A stretch of DNA of 42,083 nt from the NCBI GenBank assembly GCA_007124105.1, contig SLFT01000310.1, positions 1 through 42,083 of the forward strand, in the 5' to 3' direction. Position 1 is the first letter of the stretch. The number at the start of each line of letters is the position of its first letter. This DNA is from Candidatus Hydrogenedentota bacterium (GTDB lineage: Bacteria > Hydrogenedentota > Hydrogenedentia > Hydrogenedentales > CAITNO01). A model generated the notes under the pieces. It did no database searches and was not told the origin of the DNA. It saw only the letters and a list, made by a program, of their open reading frames with translations. Of this stretch, positions 35,445-42,083 are shown piece after piece. The position numbers were made by a program, and so were the translations under genes.

Positions 35445-35460
35445 TGTGACCGATATCACA
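35445..35460. promoter_or_regulatory. perfect CRP/FNR-type palindrome TGTGA-N6-TCACA
   Basis: TGTGACCGATATCACA read directly, 25 nt upstream of the TTG start of the HU/IHF gene. Confidence 0.4.
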
Positions 35461-35484
35461 GATCGAAAACACGGGAATTGAGTC

Positions 35485-35832
35485 TTGACCAGAAATGACC
35501 TCACCATACGATTCGCCGAACAAATGAATATGGAGCCTGAAGAAGCCGTTCCTTATGTGGAGACATTCATGGAGGTTATCCTGGATAGTCTTGGGCAGGG
35601 GGATCGTATTGAAATCCGGGACTTTGGCGTATTTCAGATAATGGAGCGAAATGCGCGCGAGGCACGGAACCCACGCACTGGCGTCAAAGTACATGTGGGC
35701 GCCAAACGCACGGTTAAGTTCAAGACGGGCAAGTCGCTGCTTGAACGGGTGCGTACCGCCGGATTTCGCGAGGCAACGAAGCGAAAAGCAACCAGAACAA
35801 ACAAGCAGTCGTCCAGCGTCGCCAAGAAGTGA
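35485..35832 (+). CDS. HU/IHF family DNA-binding protein (IHF-beta-like) with basic C-terminal tail
   Basis: 115 aa with TTG start. ..GDRIEIRDFGVFQIMERNAREARNPRTGVKVHVGAKRTVKFKTGK.. is the canonical HU/IHF arm. Confidence 0.85.
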   Translation: MTRNDLTIRFAEQMNMEPEEAVPYVETFMEVILDSLGQGDRIEIRDFGVFQIMERNAREARNPRTGVKVHVGAKRTVKFKTGKSLLERVRTAGFREATKRKATRTNKQSSSVAKK

Positions 35833-36031
35833 GTGCTTTGTCAACTGTATCCTGCCATTTATTTTTCTCTTATGCGCAGCAGCCCCCAAAAGAGTTGTTC
35901 CACGAGCGACATGGCCTTTTATTGTAGCAGTTGTACGAGACGTGGTCATTCTATCAGAACGCTTGCGCAAGGCCACGCCAGGCGGCATTTGAACCACGCA
36001 TTACCACACAGGTCGTTAAGGAGTTTTTTCA

Positions 36032-36868
36032 GTGAACCAGGATGATGAAAAGCGGATGAGTTTTACCGAGCATCTAGGTGAACTGAGGACGCGTCTTATA
36101 CATTCCTTTATTGCGCTGGCTATTTCGGTTGTTGGTTGTTATGCGCTCTCCAATCAGATATTTGAGCTGCTTGCCTGGCCGTTGCGTCCGCTGAGTGAAA
36201 GCAACGTCGTTAGTTTTGAGATTGTGGATACAGATGAGGACGGCAACCCCGTTGTTGCGCAGCAAGTGCCTGAAGAGAAGTCGCGCGCGGAGGGCATCGA
36301 GTGGACTGTGCTGAATCCGTTGGAATTTATCCTGGTGAAAATTCGTATTGCGGGCTATGGCGGGTTGATTGTAGCATTGCCGTTTCTCTTGTGGCAGTTA
36401 TGCGCCTTTGTATTTCCTGGACTTCATGCCAACGAACAGAAAGTGGTTCAGGTACTGATTGCCGGGTGCAGCGTACTGGCGATTCTGGGTGTTGGCGTGG
36501 CCTATTTCGGTGTTTTTCCTCTTGTGCTGCCTTATTTGCTGGAGTGGATTCCCGACTGGGTACAGGTGCAGTTAAGGTTGAACGAAACCCTTTCCATTAT
36601 CATCAAGGGACTTGTGGGTTTTGCGGTAGCGTTTCAATTCCCCATGGCGGTGCTCATTCTGGTATACATGGGATTGTTGACGCCTCAGGCGTTGAAACAA
36701 TACCGTAAACTGGCGCTGGTGGGCATGGCGCTGGTGGCGGCGATTTTGACGCCTCCAGACCCATTTTCGCTGCTGGTAATGCTTCTGCCCCTCGCGCTGC
36801 TTTATGAATCGAGCATCTGGGTCTCCTATCTTGTGGTCAGGCGCAACGCCGATGAAGAATCGGCATAA
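36032..36868 (+). CDS. tatC: twin-arginine translocase subunit TatC
   Basis: 278 aa. MSFTEHLGELRTRLIHSFIAL.. and six TM segments. GTG start 8 nt after AAGGAG (ATG 36056 is an alternative). Confidence 0.92.
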   Translation: MNQDDEKRMSFTEHLGELRTRLIHSFIALAISVVGCYALSNQIFELLAWPLRPLSESNVVSFEIVDTDEDGNPVVAQQVPEEKSRAEGIEWTVLNPLEFILVKIRIAGYGGLIVALPFLLWQLCAFVFPGLHANEQKVVQVLIAGCSVLAILGVGVAYFGVFPLVLPYLLEWIPDWVQVQLRLNETLSIIIKGLVGFAVAFQFPMAVLILVYMGLLTPQALKQYRKLALVGMALVAAILTPPDPFSLLVMLLPLALLYESSIWVSYLVVRRNADEESA

Positions 36869-36883
36869 GGAAACAGTACAGGC

Positions 36884-37441
36884 ATGGTTGGTATCGGCAT
36901 CGGCGAAATGATTCTTATCGCGGGCATTGCGCTCGTAGTATTCGGCCCGGAGAAATTTCCGGATTTCGCCAAGATCGTGTTGCGTACTGTGCGCGACCTA
37001 CGCGGCTACGTGGACGACATACAAAGCGAGATATCGAAAGAAATCAAGCCAATTAAGCGCGAACTGGATCAAATGAGTAAATACGATCCGGAGAAATACG
37101 TAAACGCGCTTGCCAAAGATGTGACCGGCGACACCAAAAAGAAGACAGCAGCCAAACCGGTTGCTGCAAAAGACAAGGGCGCAGCGGACCCCACGGACCG
37201 CCAGGACGATTCTTTTGATTATGACGACGGCAGCGGCTACAATCATCCAGACGCAGACCCCTACGCCGAGCAGAAGACGCCGGAGGCGGAAAAAACCGAG
37301 AATGCAGCGGCTCCCGTGGACCCACAGCAGCCTGAAGAGGCGTCAGCGCAAGATGCCGCATCCGATGGCACGGCAGCGGGGGATAGCGACACCAAAGATG
37401 CGTTTGATTTTACAGAACCGCCTGTGGAGCGTTTAGACTGA
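36884..37441 (+). CDS. TatA/TatB family Sec-independent translocase subunit (TatB-like length, acidic tail)
   Basis: 185 aa. N-terminal TM plus hinge GIGEMILIAGIALVVFGPEKFPDF and an amphipathic helix, then a long acidic low-complexity tail. Confidence 0.85.
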   Translation: MVGIGIGEMILIAGIALVVFGPEKFPDFAKIVLRTVRDLRGYVDDIQSEISKEIKPIKRELDQMSKYDPEKYVNALAKDVTGDTKKKTAAKPVAAKDKGAADPTDRQDDSFDYDDGSGYNHPDADPYAEQKTPEAEKTENAAAPVDPQQPEEASAQDAASDGTAAGDSDTKDAFDFTEPPVERLD

Positions 37442-37471
37442 ACGGTGCAACGATTTCGATGGTTGTATCGC

Positions 37472-37529
37472 AAAAGGCAGCGCCAGGGCTTATCGGCGGC
37501 CGTGCACTGGACGCGCTGGCAGCCTTTTT
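37472..37529 (+). terminator. possible intrinsic terminator after the tat genes
   Basis: AAAAGGCagcGCCAG ... CTGGCaGCCTTTTT. An interrupted stem with a large (~29 nt) loop followed by T5. Weak. Confidence 0.3.
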
Positions 37530-37628
37530 GGCAAGAACAGTGTCGCGCCAACTCAAAACAGCTTACAGGTGATGTACGCCTTTTCGTGCCGGTATGAACA
37601 CCGGCCAACCAGAACAGGAGAGAGCATT

Positions 37629-38627
37629 ATGGAAAGTCTGGAACAACTGCGGGAATGGACAGGGCGCGTCAGCAATATCGCCAACGGCTACAAAATGGCG
37701 CAAATTCTGTATACGGCCTTAAACGCGGAGCTCTTTGAACTGCTGGAGTCGCCAAAAAGCGCCGCCGAGGTTGCCGATGCGCGCGACTGGAGCGAGCGGG
37801 GAACGGCAATGCTGCTTGGCGGACTGCTGGCGCTGGAACTGGTGACGCTGGAGGACAACCGATACAAGAACACGGCGCTTGCCTCGGCGTGTCTTGTGAA
37901 AGGCGGCTGCGCCTATCAGGGACATATTCTACGGCACAGCCAAAACAGCTTTGCCGACTGGACGAAACTTCCCGAGCGTGTACGTACCGGCGCCTGCGGG
38001 GAGTCAAGTGAAGACTGGAGCGGTGAAGCCTTGCGAAACTTCATTCTGGGCATGCGCGACATTGCTACACTGAGCGCCCGGGAAGTATTGGATATGGTGG
38101 ACATGTCCGTATATAGAAACATGCTCGATCTGGCGGGCGGCCCGGCTACGTATTCCATTGCCTTCCTTGAAGCCAATCCAGCCATGCGCGCAACCTTGTT
38201 CGACAGGCCTGACGTGATTGACATTGCCAGAAACGAAGTTGAAGCGGCGGGACTTGGCGAGCGTTTCGACTATCTCGCCGGCGATTGCATGGCCGATCCC
38301 CTTGGCGCGGGGTATGACCTCGTATTCATGTCGAATATCATCCACAGCTTCAGTATGGACGAAAATGCGGCGCTGGTGAAGCGCGTCTACGACGCTGTCG
38401 CGCCTGGCGGCGCAATCCTCATCAAGGATTTCATCATGGAAGATGACCGGTCGGGTCCCGCGTTTGGACTGATTTTTGCGCTCCACATGCTTGTGCATAC
38501 CCCGGCGGGCGGCACATATACGTTTGCCGAGATCAAGGAATGGACGGACGCGGCGGGCTTTGGCAACGGGCGGGCCATGTCGTTGACGCCGCAAACGCGG
38601 CTGTGGATCGCAGAAAAACCGAAATAA
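37629..38627 (+). CDS. class I SAM-dependent O-methyltransferase (family 2-like, N-terminal dimerisation/wHTH domain)
   Basis: Start at ATG 37629 (RBS AGGAGA). SAM motif LDLAGGPATY, then DLVFMSNIIHSF. Confidence 0.8.
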   Translation: MESLEQLREWTGRVSNIANGYKMAQILYTALNAELFELLESPKSAAEVADARDWSERGTAMLLGGLLALELVTLEDNRYKNTALASACLVKGGCAYQGHILRHSQNSFADWTKLPERVRTGACGESSEDWSGEALRNFILGMRDIATLSAREVLDMVDMSVYRNMLDLAGGPATYSIAFLEANPAMRATLFDRPDVIDIARNEVEAAGLGERFDYLAGDCMADPLGAGYDLVFMSNIIHSFSMDENAALVKRVYDAVAPGGAILIKDFIMEDDRSGPAFGLIFALHMLVHTPAGGTYTFAEIKEWTDAAGFGNGRAMSLTPQTRLWIAEKPK

Positions 38628-38723
38628 GGCCGCAACGAGAATGTATCTTGCCACGGCCCTGGTTGAGTTGCCTGTATGCCGCCGGAATCATCCGGCGCAA
38701 CAGGGGTTTCGGTGATGCGCGTA

Positions 38724-39419
38724 TCAGGCCTTTGCCGATTTCACTAGCAGGGCCGCCTCCGCCACGCGGATGCCGAGGTTTTGCGCCGATTCCATGCCCA
38801 CAAGGTCTTGGGTGATATCGTCGCCATAGGCGTTCCATAAGGTAGCGCCCTGATGCGCGCGCGGCTTGCCGCCGACGAGCATGGCCTCGTGGCACAACAT
38901 GGCTGTTAATATCTGTTCAATCACGAGTTCCTGACCGCCGTTGCGGTACGAGCCCACGGCCAACGCTCCAACAGGCAGGTCCGCCAGTTGTAATTCTGGT
39001 TCGCGTAATGCGGCAAGACGTTCAAGAAAGGCCTTGCACAGGGCGCTCAGCGAACGAAAATAGGAGGGCGAGCCAATCATCAATCCACCCAAATTCGGCG
39101 ATTGCAGCAAGGGAAGTACGCTGTCAAAATCGTCGCCGCCGCTCGAGGGCGCCGCGGAGCTTGAGCCGTCCGAGCCGGCAACGGTCATACCGCCTAAATC
39201 AACCAGTTCTGTGGTGATTCGCTCATCAACCCCCCGCGCGGCATCAAGGGCCGCCGACATGGCCACAGCCGTTGTCTTGCCCTTGCGCGGGCTGCACGCA
39301 ACGCCCACTATCAGAACGCTATCGTTATTCGCTTCCCCTTTGGCCGGTCGCGCCATACCCAATGTGGCCGCCAATCCCGCTGACGCCAGATAGGCGCGTC
39401 GTGTCATTGTCGTTGTCAT
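38724..39419 (-). CDS. flavodoxin-like / NAD(P)H-dependent FMN reductase-like protein with twin-arginine signal peptide
   Basis: 231 aa. MTTTMTRRAYLASAGLAATLGMARPAKG (RR motif plus h-region plus A-x-A-like site). The flavodoxin-like fold is inferred from VLIVGVACSPRKGKTT.. and ..IGSPSYF... Confidence 0.68.
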   Translation of the reverse strand: MTTTMTRRAYLASAGLAATLGMARPAKGEANNDSVLIVGVACSPRKGKTTAVAMSAALDAARGVDERITTELVDLGGMTVAGSDGSSSAAPSSGGDDFDSVLPLLQSPNLGGLMIGSPSYFRSLSALCKAFLERLAALREPELQLADLPVGALAVGSYRNGGQELVIEQILTAMLCHEAMLVGGKPRAHQGATLWNAYGDDITQDLVGMESAQNLGIRVAEAALLVKSAKA

Positions 39420-39745
39420 AAGGCTGTCCTTTCTTTTTGTGTCTGTTGTAACCGATGACTTGGTGTGACACGCCCGCGTTCAGGCCGTATCATTTCGTAT
39501 TTGGTATATTAGCCAAGAATGGCCGCAAATGTCAAACTAAATCATGGAGGGAATTGTAGTGGTTGAGACGCCCTGCTATGAAGCGAAGGGCAGGGCGCCA
39601 TGTCTGATTTGCTTTTGTAGTTGGAACCATGATAGGTTGCCCGTGACACACTGTTAAACGTTCTTAAAGGTTCACGTGGGCGTGTGTAATGCGCCCAAGG
39701 ACAACGCCGTTTTCAGCAAGCGGCCCATCATGGAGGAGCACGAGT

Positions 39746-40837
39746 ATGACAGATCGCAAACTGGGCGTATTGATTCACGGGGCCGGCTGGGTTTCAGGAG
39801 AACACATCAAGGCATTTAACAACAACCCGCACACAGAAGTTATCGCCATCTCGAGTCGGCGGTTGGAAAGCTGTCAACAACGCGCGGCAGAGGCCGGACT
39901 TGACAATGTGGCGTTTTATACTGATTACGACAAGGCCCTGGCGCACGAGGGAGTGGACATCGTTTCTGTTTGCACGCCACAGCAGCATCACGCGGACAAC
40001 ACGATTGCGGCGGCGCAGGCGGGCAAGCATATAGTGATTGAAAAGGCGATTGCGAACAGCCTGGAAGAAATGAACGCCATGCGCGCGGCGGTAAACAAGG
40101 CGCAGGTGAAGACGGTGGTCAGCTTCGTGTTGCGCTGGAATCCGTTGTTTGAAACAGCGAAAGAACTCATCGCGGATGACGCGCTTGGCGATATTTATTT
40201 TACCGAAACAGACTATGAGCACGATATAGGCAGTTGGTGGCCGGGTTATGAAGAGGGCCGACAGAAGAAATACGGCGTGAGCGCCATGCTCGTGGGCGGT
40301 TGTCACGCTGTGGACGCCGCGCGTTGGTTCGCCGCCAAGGGAAGGTATGAAACGGCCATTCCCGTGGAGGTGTTCGCCTATTCAGGCGGTTGCCGCAAAG
40401 GTCGGGACATCGAGTTTGATTACTGGTCGAATACATTTCGCAAGGCAGCGCCGTTGGAATATGACGACCTTGAGGTGCTGCTTGTGAAATACAGCAACGG
40501 CGCCATGAGCAAGGTGTCGGTCAACTTCGGATGCGTCATGCCCTATACGTTCCCCATAGAGATATTCGGGTCAAAAGGCACTATCCGCGACAATAAGCTC
40601 TGGTCGCATAAGTTTCCCGGGCAGAATGACTGGATCACAATTCCGTCGGTGTTGCCCGACAGCGCCGATGTGACCCATCATCCCTTTCAGCATGAAATGG
40701 ACCATTTTGTGGAATGTATTTTGGAAGACCGCGAATCTCATTGCAATCTCGCGGACGCGTCTCTTTCGCAGGAAATCACATTTGCCGCATTGCGGTGTTA
40801 TGAAACCAAACAACCGGTACAAATTCCGATGGCCTGA
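39746..40837 (+). CDS. Gfo/Idh/MocA family oxidoreductase
   Basis: Start at ATG 39746 (GGAGGAG 7 nt upstream). Rossmann motif LGVLIHGAGWVSGEH, then EKA.. and a C-terminal alpha/beta domain. Confidence 0.9.
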   Translation: MTDRKLGVLIHGAGWVSGEHIKAFNNNPHTEVIAISSRRLESCQQRAAEAGLDNVAFYTDYDKALAHEGVDIVSVCTPQQHHADNTIAAAQAGKHIVIEKAIANSLEEMNAMRAAVNKAQVKTVVSFVLRWNPLFETAKELIADDALGDIYFTETDYEHDIGSWWPGYEEGRQKKYGVSAMLVGGCHAVDAARWFAAKGRYETAIPVEVFAYSGGCRKGRDIEFDYWSNTFRKAAPLEYDDLEVLLVKYSNGAMSKVSVNFGCVMPYTFPIEIFGSKGTIRDNKLWSHKFPGQNDWITIPSVLPDSADVTHHPFQHEMDHFVECILEDRESHCNLADASLSQEITFAALRCYETKQPVQIPMA

Positions 40838-40864
40838 TCGCAGGCGCGAGAAAGGAACACAGTC

Positions 40865-42083
40865 ATGGAAGCGTTGGCAATCAATGGCGGCGAGAAAGCC
40901 GTCAAGGGAACTATTCCGCCCTGGCCCTGTCTTGACGAGGCGGCGATTACGGCTGTCGCCGATACGCTGCGCAGCGGCAGGGTGAACTACTGGACAGGTA
41001 CGCGCGGCATGGAATTCGAGCGGCGTTTTGCGGCGTGGCAGGGGTCGAATTTCGCCATCAGCACCACCAACGGCACCAGCGCGTTGCATACCGCGCTGGC
41101 GGGACTCGGCATCGGGCCCGGTGACGAAGTCATCGTGCCCAGTTACACCTTTATTGCAACGTCGTTTTCTGTGGTACAGGCGGGGGCGGTGCCGCGTTTT
41201 GCTGATGTGAACCGGGACGATCACTGCATGAGCGTGGAGAGTGTGGAGAAATTGATTACCAGTCGCACCAAGGCCATTATTGTAGTGCATCTCTACGGCA
41301 ATGTGGCGAACATGGACCCGCTGCGCGACCTGGCGCGGGCACATAACCTTTACATTATCGAGGACAATGCCCAGGCATTCGGCGGTTCGTACAAGGGCAA
41401 GATGACCGGTACTTTAGGCGATGTGGCCGCATGTAGTTTTTGCCAGAACAAAACGTTTACCACCGGCGGCGAAGGCGGCATGGTTACCACGGACAACGAA
41501 GAGGTTGCCTGGCGTTGCCGTAGTTTCCGCGACCACGGCTACGATGTACGTGAACGGTTGCGCCTGCTTGAGATGGAGCAGAAACTCCCCTACATCCACA
41601 CAATGGTCGGATTCAATTACCGTATGACTGAGATGCAGTCGGCCATCGGTTTGGCTGAACTGGATCGCATGGACAACTGGAATATGCCGCGACGCAGACG
41701 CAATGCGGGCATCCTGCTCGACGAATTGACGGGCGTTCCCCAAATCCTGCATTTACCTGTAGACACCCCGGACAGACGCAACGGCTGGTATGTGTTTCCC
41801 ATCACCCTGGATATTGACAATATGACATGCGACATGGCGACCTTCCTGGCGGCCCTGGGCGCCGAAGGCGCGCCCTGCTGGAACGTGTTCTGGCCGCAAT
41901 GTCATACGGAAGAAGCGTTCCAGAATCACAACGCCTACGGAAAGTCGGGATTCCCCTTTAAGTCACAGGAATACGCGTCTCTGGAATCCGTGGATTATTC
42001 GAGAGTGGATGTTCCCAACGCAGCCTGGCACCAGACGCGTACCTTCATCACCTTCATTTTTCCCACCTATGAAGAAGAACTGA
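40865..42083 (+). CDS. DegT/DnrJ/EryC1/StrS family PLP-dependent aminotransferase (3' end beyond window)
   Basis: Not in the supplied ORF track. My own translation from ATG 40865 is open to the window end (406 codons): MEALAINGGEKAVKG..FERRFAAWQGSNFAISTTNGTSALHTAL..IIEDNAQAFG..SFCQNKTFTTGGEGG (PLP-Lys context). The terminal TGA at 42081-42083 is out of frame. Confidence 0.9.
   Translation, partial: MEALAINGGEKAVKGTIPPWPCLDEAAITAVADTLRSGRVNYWTGTRGMEFERRFAAWQGSNFAISTTNGTSALHTALAGLGIGPGDEVIVPSYTFIATSFSVVQAGAVPRFADVNRDDHCMSVESVEKLITSRTKAIIVVHLYGNVANMDPLRDLARAHNLYIIEDNAQAFGGSYKGKMTGTLGDVAACSFCQNKTFTTGGEGGMVTTDNEEVAWRCRSFRDHGYDVRERLRLLEMEQKLPYIHTMVGFNYRMTEMQSAIGLAELDRMDNWNMPRRRRNAGILLDELTGVPQILHLPVDTPDRRNGWYVFPITLDIDNMTCDMATFLAALGAEGAPCWNVFWPQCHTEEAFQNHNAYGKSGFPFKSQEYASLESVDYSRVDVPNAAWHQTRTFITFIFPTYEEEL

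Noticed and set aside
39464-39689. Short inverted matches (ACACGCCC / GGGCGTGT) and TGTGAC-like words upstream of the Gfo/Idh/MocA gene as regulator sites
   Set aside because: Only 8 nt are complementary over a ~200-bp separation, and there is no full TGTGA-N6-TCACA palindrome. This is indistinguishable from chance.
38004-41344. 216-aa (38004-38654), 170-aa (39794-40306) and 257-aa (40571-41344) minus-strand ORFs
   Set aside because: Each is antisense to a gene with strong family signatures (O-methyltransferase, Gfo/Idh/MocA, DegT). The Arg/His-rich composition is typical of GC-rich shadow frames.
42081-42083. Terminal TGA as the stop codon of the DegT-family gene
   Set aside because: It is out of frame with the ORF starting at 40865, because (42081-40865) is not a multiple of 3. 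The gene continues beyond the window.

Overview
Chromosomal segment from a moderately GC-rich bacterium. The phylum cannot be fixed from sequence alone. The gene content (secreted glycan-active enzymes, Na+/solute symporters, Tat-signal and Gfo/Idh/MocA oxidoreductases) fits an uncultivated heterotroph. About 38 protein genes are supportable. Core genes: smc, a YmdB-like phosphoesterase, a ROK kinase, purU, cstA, a class I mannose-6-P isomerase, HU/IHF, tatC plus a TatA/B-family gene, and several regulators (AraC/PocR, TetR, MerR). Putative sugar-utilisation clusters: beta-propeller/TetR/SSF/MerR at 17.1-21.3 kb, and SSF/GH172(DUF2961)/cyclase/sialidase-like at 28.4-33.6 kb. One gene, a DegT-family aminotransferase from 40865, runs off the window end and is missing from the supplied ORF track. 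I recognised no rRNA, tRNA, CRISPR array, transposase or integrase. Two accessory patches stand out. (a) 11.2-12.55 kb holds two small antitoxin-like genes and a frame-disrupted PIN/VapC. (b) 23.5-28.1 kb is a visibly AT-richer stretch holding a possible helicase 5' stub, MNT-HepT with a frameshifted HepT, a 5' fragment of a DUF1156 methyltransferase, an intact class II Fic gene and an N-terminally odd BNR/Asp-box protein. A roughly 22-nt motif (consensus about TTAACCCGGATATTTCACCGGG) recurs four times in intergenic DNA, twice at the edges of these patches. Other structure not explained by genes: a 96-bp tandem unit with embedded 9-mer microsatellites at 1.15-1.32 kb, a perfect TGTGA-N6-TCACA site upstream of the HU/IHF gene, a candidate 64-aa Cys-rich ORF coupled to the GH172 gene, and a solute symporter with a very large soluble insertion. 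I could not identify one clear-cut novel system. The best candidates are flagged below with explicit tests.
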